Shown piece after piece: positions 55,601 through 64,000 of a DNA stretch of 64,000 nucleotides. The DNA lies in the NCBI GenBank assembly GCA_037379345.1, contig CM074522.1, positions 5,890,001-5,954,000 of the forward strand, written 5' to 3'. How positions within the stretch are numbered: position 1 is the stretch's first letter; each line of letters starts with the position of its first letter. Origin of the DNA: Perna viridis (lineage: Eukaryota). Both the position numbers and the translations under genes were made by a program. The notes below the pieces were generated by a model. That model had not been told where the DNA came from. It saw only the letters and a list, made by a program, of their open reading frames with translations, and made no database searches.

Positions 55601-58600
55601 CCACCTATCTATGATGGAGAAGCCATGACAGAAATTTACATTGATGTATCACAAGGGGCATTCACTCCTGTCAAATACCAAGCTTCCAACAGTACAATCA
55701 AAGCTTTCTGGAGGTGTTATGATGATGAAAGTGGTGTTGTGGTTAGTATTGGTTTGGATACAAATTGATTTAAGAGATGAATCCTTTTTTCATTTATAAG
55801 TATGTTCAAGTATTTATGATGTTTTTTTTTTAATTCAATGATCTGTCAATGATAAATTATGGTACACTACTGTCAAGTTGTTTCTCTATTCAATATTCCA
55901 TGTGTATCCGACTCAGACCTGGGAATTGCTCAAAAATCCTTTGAATAATTCTTATTACTGTCTTTGACACTGGGTTTTTTATGGGTATGAGGTCAGGATA
56001 CCTTATTGAAGTTCTGTGTCAGAGATTGTTCTACTTGAATAGCTCAAGATAAAGCAAGGAGACTATAATGAGGAATAGAATATTTATAATCTTGGAACAA
56101 AGACAGAACAAGTACACCATTAACTATAAAAAAAACATAGACAATAAAGATGAATGAGCAACTTGTACTTCGCTGAAAACTAGGAAAATTTGCCATGTGC
56201 ACTGGTAGGGTATTAAGAGTATGAATAGGTAGTAAAATATTCAAATCAGATTCTTCATTCAATGGCTCTTTGATATAATTTTACAGGAAAATTGGTGGGC
56301 TATAGGTCTGACAGTTGGAGGTACAGAACTTCAGGACTGGGAGTCAACTGGCACCAACCAAACAGCTATCAACAGTACATTAGAAGGGATCTTAGAACAT
56401 AATACAACATACTTTGTCTCGCTGCGGTGTGAAAATGGAGCAGGACGAATCTTAGAATACAATGATACTAAAGGTAAGTTATTTTAAAGATAATTAAGGT
56501 CAATTGAAAAAATAATTCTTTCCTGCACCTAAGTATACAATTTATGAGCAGTTTATAATGCAGCCAGATGTAAAATGAAGTATGGTAACAGAAAAAAAAC
56601 ATTTCATTTTTGGCCTTAAATTTATATATTAACATCTGGTAAGATAGATAAAAGATACTTACATGTACCTGAACCAATTCTTGCAGCTATAATTGCGATC
56701 AGTGACCAATGAGCGATAAATATATTTTACAGATTCCGTTTTTTTTAGTTTGTCAATTTTTATATGTATTAACTTACTGTAATAGATTTAAACATGAAAT
56801 AATTTCTCTTATTCAACATTTATTCTATTTTTAACAAAATACAATATGTGTATTTAATATTTTAAACTAAAGGTATACAGTCAAACCTCGATATGTCAAA
56901 CTCGGATTAGTCAAAATCTCGGATAACACGAACTAATTACAAAGTCCCAGCAAAACTCCCCTTACTCCAATACAATTTTACCTCGTATGACTCGAACTCT
57001 GATGAATTGAAACCTCAGATAACTCAAGGTAATCAATCAGTCCCCTCGATAGGACTTCAAGGTTAATTAACCCTGATGTCTCGAGGTCAAATAATTAGTC
57101 AGAAAACTGATTGATTTATTACAAAACATGATCGAAGTGTGTTTTAACAACAATCAGCGTGGCTTTTCAAATTGATTTGTTGACACTCATTATGGTTTGA
57201 TTTGTTTATTTAATTAATTTACAATTGCGCATGTTGTTTAAAGAAGCTAATTGTATTAATAACACCTAGGTATATACACTAACAATGATATCGGATATTT
57301 TGATAAAAAAAATACAGATGAATTGTAATGGTATCTAACTATTTAATGAAATATCAAAGAGACAATAGTAAGGGTATTTCAACGACTACATTTATTTCGC
57401 TAGTGAATTTGAAATTTTATCGTAATAATGTAGAGCACATGGTTTGACAATACTCCTGACTGTGAATCAAACAAAGCAGCATGTTATGAACTATGACGTT
57501 TTTGATGTAGAAAAAATAAAAAGGAAATTTCACTAAAACACTTGGTGCCCGTTCAGTATTTCAAACATGATATACAACATACAAAGAAAAAATATCTTCC
57601 GATATGAAACACAAGACATTACGAAGTACCGTGTAAAGTGAAGTACATGTACAAGCACAACAAATGATGTAAATACAGAAACAATCATTCACCAAACTAC
57701 TTGTATTTCGGGTTTATCCTCGACCTCGGATTACTTGAACCTTGGATAACTCGAATATTTTTGCATGGTCCCTTCGTCTTCAACTGTATTTAATATGGTA
57801 TTATTTTGGATTTGTTTTGATGGAAATTATCAAATTTACATGAACCGATCATATGTCAGTTTACATAACAAAACTGTTACCACATTTGTCACCGGTCAGT
57901 GGTTCTCCATCCATCAGGGATCAATCAGTCAGCATTCATCGATCCATCAAATAGTTGTGTGGATTGGCTCACAAACTGTATATATACCATGTAAACTTTA
58001 TAGGTTGTAATATTGAATCTGAACGGACATCTTAGTCTGTGATAGGATTCTGAATATTTTACTCTCTCATGAAGTTGAAGAAAATCTATACTAAATTTGT
58101 CAGCTTTGTCCTCAACATAAAACAAGCTTTTTAAACAGGAACCATAACTATGTATCAAATTGACAGGTGTCACTGTTCTACTGATTCCGCCTGTCGATGA
58201 TGTAAATGCCACTATTCCGGGAGCTGCTCCTTTATCTGCGGATGTGGAACCAAGTGATGCCCTTGCCAGTAATGATGGAAAAAAAATAGGAATCAGTTTT
58301 ACATTGAGTCATGATGAGTCCGTTAGACGATATGGTGAGAAAAATACTTATTAACTTTAAGATAAACAATTGTAATATTCTTGTGAGATCTGTCTGTTAC
58401 CAGAAATAAGGTAGCGCTTCAGATAGGTTACTGCTGAAAATAGATATTTCATTTTTTGGAAATGAACTACAGACTAGCAATTTCTTTTCTCTTGGTTTCC
58501 TTAACTCTACATCTTCTACTCGAGTGTAAATGGGTCATGATTCAAAACTTATTTTTTGTGAAGAGTAATTAAAGTTTGTTATTTTATAAGGAGTACATAA

Positions 58601-61600
58601 AAGTTGTTATTTTTACTAAAAAATGTTTTGTTCTGATGCATAAGACTTTAGCAATGAATAACCTAATATATTTTTTTTTCAAGAATTTAAAATATGGTTG
58701 AAAATTCAGGCCAAAAGTTGATATTATACCTGTTAACATTTGGAACTGTTAATATGGGAGATTCTCCCTCATTTACACTGTCTCATGTGGAAAATTTTTT
58801 AAGTAAAAGCAAATTTTTATGTAAAAGTTCTATTATTTAATATTTTACATAGAAAACATATAATTTAAACCCAAAGCCTCCCACAAATCTTACATATTTT
58901 TATGGGAGAGTCTGATTTTTTTAATTTATTTTGGGGGAGTTAGCAGGTATGGATACTATTATTACATACTATTTCTATCTCACATTTGACAAATCTATTA
59001 CAGACTTGTGTATAGGAACAGATGAATTCATGGATGATATTTTCCCTTGCACATGGGTTGCCTACAACAGATCAGGTGTCATTATGATAGAGAATGGTTG
59101 GATCACATTGGATGGAATCCAAATTCGACGTTTATCAGAATTCAATCCAAGTAATGCTGGCATGTCCATGGAGTATAGAAATAACAACTCTAACAATGTA
59201 TTCAGCATGGAGCCTGGACGAACATTGTTTATGTCAATGAGGTTATGTAACGAGGCTGAGCTATGTACAAACAAATCAATGGGCAGTGTCATAATAACAA
59301 GTAGTAATACTGACCTGGAAACATCATTGGATGGTCAGGCTATCACAATATCTGTCACTGGAGCAGGGAATGGAAGAAAGAAAAGAGCTGTTGGGACATG
59401 CAGTGGTCTGAATATTCTAACACCTAATAGTAAGTTTTATCTGTAGGTTATGATGGTTGAAATATTCACCTTTTTTCACATTTTTTACATTTTGTTTTTA
59501 TATTTTTTTTTAACAGTACCAAATAAGTTCATAGAAAACAACCTATGTTGTCCAACCAAAGGGCTTGTTACAAATAAAATTTAATTATTTCATGATAGCT
59601 GGAATAAAGTAGTCAGTGCATTAAAAAAAAAACAGAGATAGGCATAAGGGATGTTAAACCTATTCCCATCTAGCAGCACAATATATTTTATAGGTTTGTA
59701 ATTACTATACATCAACACAGCGGAATGGAATGCGGATAATTGGAAAAATAATTTAAATGCTTTGGTATACAAACCAGTTCAGTGTACAGCATTGTTTTGT
59801 TTTTGGAATTCTGATGGATGGATTTCGATCTTTATAGTAAAACTAATCAATGTGAAATGCCTTTGATATGTAGACAATTAATAAAATATTAAAGCACCAT
59901 TTTGAAAGATCAGTCTAAATTCATTTTGTTCTTCCAAATACCAATGTTTTGTTCAGAATATAAAAACAAAGGAGACAATTTACGACTGGTATGAAAATAA
60001 AGACATAATGGGTTTATAGCTGGAATTTAAGTGATACTTGGTGAATATCTGCATTTTCAAATCCTTATTTCACCTTCATGATTCTTCAACCACATATCCA
60101 AGTATTTCCTTTCAGACAAAATTTCTTTACTGCTTAAAAACTGAATTCCTCTTTTTAAGATAATGCCTGTACTTTTGATTTTGCCTATCTCCAATTGCCT
60201 GCCATTCCTCAAATATAGTCTGTGAGTTTAGAATTTATAAACAGTTTATACCCTAATTATCTGATTATTGTATCTCTCTCTTTAGATTTGACAATTGGAC
60301 AGAGTGTTACCTATACAGAACTGACACAGAATGAGATCACGGCAACGTATGCCTCAGCTGCGTCTCCAGATTTTGTTCCCTACATTGTTGATCCTGCTAC
60401 CACAACAGACTTAGTGGACAGAGTCTTACATAGAAGGTAATGGTCATGCTTACATCAGACTAGAATCGCTTCAACTTTTTTAGCATACATAGCCCAAAGG
60501 CTATTTAATTTTTATTCAGTAATATTTTAGGTAATGAATTTTCCTATTGTGAAGTAAGATTCATTATGGTTAATCAAAAAAAAAAAATCTCATAAAGTTA
60601 ACTATTTGTTAATGTACATTGTTTGCATATGAATGAATATTGAACACATGCATCCTTATGGGTTATTTTATATGTAGATTGTATGGAAGCAGTGACTGTG
60701 TCTTTTCTCTTGTGTCAGTGGGTCATATTATAATGCCTGGGCCAGTATTAATGACCTATCTTGACTCTGCTGGTCCAGGACCACATGAACAGGGCAATAG
60801 GACTCTTCTTACACACTGGAATCCAGGTAAATCATCTGAAATTTACATTGTTAGTAAATTTTTATGTTTTTTCATGGGTATCAATTTTTTATGTTTTTTC
60901 ATGGGTATCAATTTTTTATGTTTTTTCATGGGTATCAATTTTTTATGTTTTTTCATGGGTATCAATTTTTCGTCATTTTCATATTTCTCTGTTAAATTTA
61001 TTTTTTTAAATTCAAGGATTCATTAGAGCTTCACAGTTTTCAATGAAAAAGTTTCCATATTTTGGGGAATTGGAACTTTTGCTTACACTAAACTGTGAAA
61101 AAAGTTGTTCCTCAAGAAAAATTGTTATTTCCCAGCTGACTGTAATTAATCCCTGAATTTGTTAATTGTTAGCATGGTTTAAGCTGACTGCTTAAGTAAC
61201 AAGTAAGTTGATATTTTTTAGGAATTATGAATAATTGTGCTTATTTTACCTTTGGAAATATTACAGATACTTAAAACAATATTTGAAAATGGTAATTCTA
61301 TGAAATCCTATGACAAGCTGAAACAAAGCATCAAATAATTTTTACATTACAGTGCGACAAGTATGGGAGATGACAAGTATGTCATGTGAAAACGAGACCG
61401 ACACCGAGGTTTTCCATGCTGATGGTACTGTCACTGTTAAGGTAAGTTTTCTCCTTCCTAGTTTTAGGTCACATGACATCAGACTTGGATTTAATTGGTT
61501 AATCAGTGTAATTTTCATTACTAGAAGTCCGACAGAAATAGAAATCCTTCCTGGTAAATTCTTATTCTGAACTTGTGTTCAATGTAAGTTAATGCAACCT

Positions 61601-63838
61601 CATTAATAACAATTTATTAAACATTCTTCAAATATTAACCCTTTAAACACATCATGATTACCATATTAACTCTTTAACACATCATGATTACCATATTAAC
61701 TCTTTAACACATCATGATTACCATATTAACTCTTTAAACACATCATGATTACCATATTAACTCTTTAACACATCATGATTACCATATTAACCCTTTAAAC
61801 ACATCATGATTACCATATTAACTCTTTAACACATCATGATTACCATATTAACTCTTTAAACACATCGTGATTACCATATTAACTCTTTAAACACATCATG
61901 ATTACCATATTACTTCAGGTTTGCAATACATGGAAGGATATTACAGAGGGTGCTGTGAATGATTTGTACTTCCGACATGAGACAATGTTCTCTCTAGCAA
62001 ATGCCGCTGCTTCAGTTATTAACTCTGTACCAAGACTAGATGTTCCCAGTATGGTTTATATGGCAGAGGACTCTGGTGAGTTGCCACTCATTTTATTACT
62101 GTATAACAGGTTTACCTTTCTTTGTTTTTAAAGTTTTGTTTTTATACAATCAAACCTGCATATGAAGGTCACCTTTGGGACAAAGGAAATGCGACCTCTA
62201 AATTCCAGTAGTAAAAATTGATTTACAAAGGAATTGTTGCTATATTCCAACCTTTTGTTACTTTCCCTCAGTTCATAAGAGGAGGCCAAATATTCATCCA
62301 AAATTTCTGAGTAACACCTTTATGTTTAACTTCTTTTAAGTAGCAGTCTTTTGAAAAATCAGACAGAAGGTGATTTATGCATATCAAAAACCCACTGAAT
62401 TCAATTTTATTTCTTGTTCAGAAACAGTTACTGATCACATAACCAGTCTTAGTTTTTCATTTGGTTGTTGTGCTTTGAGATAAAAGTTATATAGATTGTA
62501 CATGAAATTCATACTTTGCAAGAGTTATTGTTCTTGATTTGGTTTCATTTGGTTGATTTTAGTGGGAAGAGAATGTATGATTTTCTAAAAAGTGCAAATC
62601 TGAATGCAGAAATGACTATTGTTATGTGAAAGTATAGCATATTTAGACTGAAAAAGCATTGTTTGTTTGGTGGGTTTTTCTTCACCATAAATCACTTTAC
62701 CATTGATAGTGTCTGAATTTTATGTGGACTGGTACTTAACAGAAAAAAAATAAGGATGGCTTAATCTTGATCCAGTGAAAACTGTCTTAACCAGTCAGAT
62801 TTTGTTACACATATGTGAGCATAGTACCTAAACTAAACAAACCCCTTACTGTAGTTGGAAAAAGGACCATGTTTATACCAGTTTTACTGTGTCTAATCTT
62901 TTTAAACAAAATTAAGTTAGGAAACCTATGAAAGTTATTTGATATATGATACCTTGATTAAGTCATATGAGGTTTCATTTCTAACTATGTATGTTATAGG
63001 TACCATCCAGTATCAGTTAGTGGCAGTAGATGATGAAGGAGACACTATAGAATTTTACCTTGACTCAAACTTCACAGATTATAACTTAGGAACTCCAATC
63101 CTGTCTAAAGATGGAATGTAAGTTGATGTGTTAATGAGATCATTCTTAGTTTCCCTAATCAATCAATTCAGTAATAGAAATCCATAAAATTATCAGGTTC
63201 TCCAAATGCTGACATAAGGTTTTCTGTTCAAAAAGGTATTATCTCATTTAAACATCAACACCTTAGAATGGACGTTGGTTTGTTTTATTAGCTTGGTAGC
63301 ATGTGACTTTGAACCCTGGGTCTTATTGATACATTTTGCATTTTAACAAACCTTTATGCTAAGAGTATTCAGTCTTAGAACACATGTAATAGCTTTTAAG
63401 TATTGTTACAATTGCTAAAGATGGAAGTGATTCAAGAGCTTGGGTCAGCAAAAAATGTAAGATAACATTAAAAAATCAATCATAAGTTTTTCATCAGATT
63501 GCAAATACATGTTTCAATTCAGGGTACCTAATGTTTTTTCATCAACTTTAAATCTTTCAACTAGAGTAATTAAATTTGAAGTTATAATGTACTTGGAATA
63601 ACATTTTTAATCACCTGATTTGTTTTCCAGTTTACTATACACACCTTGTGAAAACTGTGTTGGCATGGAAACCATTCCAATCATCTTAGTAGAGGTACAG
63701 ACAGATCCACTTATACCACCAAACAATGTCACAGTTTACATAACAGTTAATATTACTGACAATATAGATCCTCCAGTCATCTTCTTGTCTTTGTTGGGAG
63801 ACTCCATATTACCTCCAGATCCTACAGAACCAGTGGTG
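1..63838 (+). CDS. Giant multi-exon extracellular mosaic protein, partial at both ends (~4,730 aa in window): Cys-rich repeats / Cys-free beta module / FN3-like array with PAN and GH16-like inserts / ZU5-GPS-like / cadherin-like
   Basis: Hand-spliced join, all GT-AG, phases consistent, first codon at nt 3: 1-192,358-400,983-1155,1463-1627,1856-2065,2362-2404,2838-3001,3382-3564,4211-4387,4587-4629,5138-5301,5726-5896,6666-6881,7141-7183,7697-7863,8383-8565,8931-9189,9728-9897,10619-10789,11104-11322,11528-11570,12163-12326,12834-12899,13232-13441,14368-14581,15107-15209,15497-15647,16208-16425,17338-17497,18564-18789,19600-19834,24042-24230,24525-24837,25620-26033,29055-29181,29563-29657,30223-30408,31362-31542,32078-32244,32394-32521,33278-33530,33829-34000,34685-34928,35379-35496,35794-35972,36412-36571,37072-37269,37883-38122,38685-38844,39208-39449,39970-40100,40524-40677,41871-42092,42522-42615,42904-43027,43359-43507,44177-44310,45330-45602,46169-46459,47009-47160,47605-47746,48109-48212,48746-48949,49972-50146,50875-51149,51474-51629,51894-52104,52674-52822,53958-54435,55533-55741,56287-56473,58167-58334,59004-59429,60286-60436,60678-60826,61353-61441,61919-62075,63000-63117,63631-63838. 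Many N-x-S/T sequons and conserved Cys patterns indicate a secretory-pathway protein. Confidence 0.9.
1856..3564 (+). CDS. Exons 5-8: Cys-rich repeat 2
   Basis: Exons of 210/43/164/183 nt; CIKS...TKCHLTAGCTAVECC...IDPCTN; same intron phases (1,2,1,1) as the other repeats. Confidence 0.9.
4211..5896 (+). CDS. Exons 9-12: Cys-rich repeat 3 (first acceptor uncertain)
   Basis: LDCFLSSDYTTIECC...VDPCEF / 43 nt / 164 nt / 171 nt; the nearest in-frame AG is at 4209-4210. Confidence 0.8.
6666..8565 (+). CDS. Exons 13-16: Cys-rich repeat 4
   Basis: Exons of 216/43/167/183 nt; CENV...MKCNIDFECQKISCC...IDPCKG. Confidence 0.9.
8931..10789 (+). CDS. Exons 17-19: Cys-rich repeat 5 (A and B exons fused)
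   Basis: Exons of 259 (=216+43)/170/171 nt; CTSS...IVCSIPTECNGARCC...IDTCGN...YGSSDALSIYGFATLR. Confidence 0.9.
9330..9450. repeat. Degenerate ~31-bp tandem repeat x4
   Basis: catggaaa..cccttgt.tatctaga.agt units. Confidence 0.7.
11104..12899 (+). CDS. Exons 20-23: Cys-rich repeat 6 (short D exon)
   Basis: Exons of 219/43/164/66 nt; CGNV...IACHIGTSCHNVECC...METCSY. Confidence 0.88.
11774..12002 (+). mobile_element. Non-autonomous interspersed repeat family A, most complete copy
   Basis: cttaccctaccagtgcacctggtc...ataaccttggttcccttgattactct; near-identical reverse copies at 15956, 43681 and 50696, degenerate ones at ~43085 and ~56070. Confidence 0.85.
13232..14581 (+). CDS. Exons 24-25: Cys-rich repeat 7 ending in polybasic RRRRRR
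   Basis: CIGV...TRCRMAADCHSVECC...IDNCND / fused B+C exon ...QACYISPGTCEDY...KTCSGRRRRRRAVAT; RRRRRR at 14550-14567. Confidence 0.88.
13493..13878. mobile_element. MITE-like element with ~24-bp TIRs, rich in CATATG
   Basis: 5' cacagccaaatttgccacatatga; 3' tcatatgtggcactttctgccatg (reverse complement catggcagaaagtgccacatatga). Confidence 0.75.
14582..14770. repeat. 20-bp degenerate minisatellite x~9 starting at the exon 25 donor
   Basis: ttcagtttctatttatagtg units. Confidence 0.8.
15107..19834 (+). CDS. Exons 26-31: Cys-free helical + amphipathic beta-strand module ending in RKKR
   Basis: Helical-looking LGAKLLGDKLANMTIGDIESLL...QLMKDMRDLAKAL, then alternating hydrophobic strands MKFYVGAKV, VTVYGELGIG, GKLRLEGRI, LKLTPIKLTLYALVTLEVNI; RKKR at 19823-19834 ends the exon. 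Confidence 0.88.
15956..16160 (-). mobile_element. Interspersed repeat family A copy
   Basis: agagtaatcaagggaaccaaggttatagcgg...ccaggtgcactggtaggg, the reverse complement of 11774-12002. Confidence 0.85.
22930..23082. mobile_element. Small hairpin MITE
   Basis: ggggattacaggatttctccact / agtggagaattcctgtaatcccc inverted arms, with outer agattc...gaatct. Confidence 0.7.
24042..59429 (+). CDS. Exons 32-73: array of ~19 FN3-like modules with inserted domains, ending near RKKR (59375-59386)
   Basis: Recurring consensus D.(T/S)PP..G.V.DG...D....W.GF.D.ESGI..Y.V.(V/I)GT..GG.DV..W...L..G..YY.TV.A.N.AG.....S.G..VD. The FN3 fold call rests on the W and YY.TV.A.N..G signature. Confidence 0.8.
25655..25876 (+). 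other. PAN/apple-like domain (4-Cys type) inside exon 34
   Basis: GDCAKRCADMIKTKCMSFNYDFLNATCELL...LYQHYER matches the PAN signature CxxxC....C.SF.Y....C.L.....Y.R. Confidence 0.85.
26400..28174. repeat. 33-bp minisatellite, ~54 copies, in intron 34; 3 more copies at 28770-28869
   Basis: Unit cttttgatatgctgtagggtaagccatataggc with a small set of recurring variants. Confidence 0.97.
31559..31716. mobile_element. Palindromic MITE (GGCC-type termini); relatives at ~12390 and ~34042
   Basis: ggcctggtttcataa ... ttatgaaaaccggtcc, with internal ttcctcaaat/atttgagg inverted arms around tgattgg. Confidence 0.75.
32563..32958. mobile_element. TTAA-flanked non-autonomous DNA transposon (Kolobok-like)
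   Basis: ttaa|gtagc ... gctac|ttaa with long imperfect inverted arms (ctacatatttttatttt / aaaataaaaatatgtag); related ends at ~47803, ~52970 and ~62337. Confidence 0.7.
37290..37600. repeat. Degenerate ~26-bp tandem repeat
   Basis: aatggtttcacatttt/agttgtc units. Confidence 0.7.
38397..38636. repeat. 48-bp perfect tandem repeat x5
   Basis: aagtaaacagatctattgttatgtcataaccttcatacttcaagttat. Confidence 0.95.
38824..39068. repeat. 49-bp tandem repeat x5 spanning the exon 49 donor
   Basis: acctgaagtcactattgacag|gtatggttgatttagtaatagaaagttt. Confidence 0.95.
40729..41487. repeat. 39-41-bp minisatellite x~19
   Basis: (t)6-8 atcagt(a/t)tatagccagggttc(a/g)ttccatagagc. Confidence 0.95.
42327..42478. 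repeat. 30-bp tandem repeat x5
   Basis: ttacctcccttcaatgtcgtctctgtggcc, progressively degenerate. Confidence 0.85.
43681..43985 (-). mobile_element. Interspersed repeat family A copy with the 38-bp terminal unit present x4
   Basis: agagtaatcaa(a/g)ggaaccaaggttatagcggtaatcaa x4 (43681-43832), then the family body. Confidence 0.85.
44950..45280 (+). mobile_element. tRNA-derived SINE (V-domain-like core) with (CAAT)n tail
   Basis: B-box-like ggattcaaacc, core caccaaagactttaaaattggta, 3' gttaaaccataatcaatcaatc. Confidence 0.65.
50696..50792 (-). mobile_element. Interspersed repeat family A, partial copy
   Basis: agagtaattaagggaaccaaggttatagcggtaatcaaaagaatttaatccagggacaaagac. Confidence 0.8.
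50875..54150 (+). other. GH16 (glucanase/ConA-like) domain, non-catalytic, exons 65-69
   Basis: YSGGYY...GEWQATIKAAAGNGYAATSMMLWDGPPDG ... SCGMEIFAG ... FDPSADYHTYKI ... FYVYVDN ... NLVFHVFN: the ordered GH16 motifs. Confidence 0.7.
53256..53837. mobile_element. TA-flanked Tc1/mariner-type MITE(s) with internal aaacacctgtctaaacc repeats
   Basis: ta|cagggaaacctgtctaaac ... gtttaaacaggattcactg|ta; relative at ~12920-13070. Confidence 0.7.
54458..54642. mobile_element. Hairpin element with ~50-bp near-perfect inverted arms
   Basis: tatagaaaggtctgaaaaattcccaacgatgtaagaactgtcaaatttgc / gcaaatttgacagttctaacatcgttgggaatttttcagacctttctata. Confidence 0.85.
55148..55354. mobile_element. TA-flanked MITE
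   Basis: tactgtgaaagtacttgtattcgtggg ... cccacgaataataatactttcacagta. Confidence 0.85.
56878..57786. mobile_element. Non-autonomous Tc1/mariner-pogo-type element
   Basis: ta|cagtcaaacctcgata ... caactg|ta, with subterminal ctcggataactcgaa repeats at both ends and no transposase ORF. Confidence 0.75.
60286..62075 (+). CDS. Exons 74-77: ZU5/GPS-like segment
   Basis: FSLVSVG..MPGPVLMTY...LLTHWNPVRQVWE...SCEN...DGTVTVKVC...RHETMFSLA. Exons are secure; the domain call is tentative. Confidence 0.6.
60858..60970. repeat. 27-bp tandem repeat x4
   Basis: aattttttatgttttttcatgggtatc. Confidence 0.9.
61633..61911. repeat. 29-30-bp minisatellite x~9.5 abutting the exon 77 acceptor
   Basis: taa(a)cacatcatgattaccatattaactctt. 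Confidence 0.95.
62020..63838 (+). CDS. Exons 77-79: cadherin-like / bacterial Ig-like module
   Basis: NSVP....MAEDSG...AVDDEGDTIEF...DGILLYTPCENCVG.E...VYITVNITDNIDPPVI: E-D, DxDxD-like and D/N..PP Ca-binding-type motifs. Confidence 0.7.
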
Positions 63839-63874
63839 GTAAGTTATGTCCCTTTCTTGAATTATCTTCCTTGA

Positions 63875-63990
63875 CATTCATTATAGAACCCATGCCATCT
63901 CTTGTCTCTTTTGGGAGACTCAATATTACCTCCAGATCTAAAGGAACCAGTTGTGGTAAGTTGTACCCATTTGTTAAATTATCTCCCTTA
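63875..63990 (+). repeat. Tandem duplicate of the exon 79 3' end and donor
   Basis: ttgggagactcaatattacctccagatctaaaggaaccagttgtg|gtaagtt versus the original ttgggagactccatattacctccagatcctacagaaccagtggtg|gtaagtt. Confidence 0.9.
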
Positions 63991-64000
63991 ATGCTCGATA

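Noticed and set aside
301-63874. The many remaining 60-120-aa ORFs as independent small genes
   Set aside because: They are either exons extended into introns, off-frame or antisense shadows of exons, or low-complexity AT-rich intron translations.

Overview
This is AT-rich animal genomic DNA. The intronic repeats (a (CAAT)n-tailed tRNA-type SINE, TA- and TTAA-flanked MITEs) resemble those of bivalve molluscs, which is an inference. The whole window is the interior of one very large + strand gene. I traced 79 GT-AG exons by hand with consistent phase and no in-frame stop: 14,192 nt, about 4,730 aa, with start and stop both outside the window. The predicted product is an extracellular mosaic polyprotein. 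In order: 7 copies of a ~200-aa, 10-Cys repeat encoded by a 4-exon cassette; RRRRRR; a 369-aa Cys-free helical plus amphipathic beta-strand module; RKKR; about 19 FN3-like modules, one carrying an inserted PAN/apple domain and another an inserted, apparently catalytically dead GH16 glucanase-like domain; RKKR; a ZU5/GPS-like segment with an HET motif; a cadherin/Ig-like module. My best hypothesis is a convertase-processed glycan-recognition or immune polyprotein that releases a lipid- or membrane-active fragment. Introns hold minisatellites (including a 33-bp array open on both strands), duplicated splice donors, a possible nascent exon, MITEs and a SINE. All domain calls come from motif recognition by eye, not database searches.
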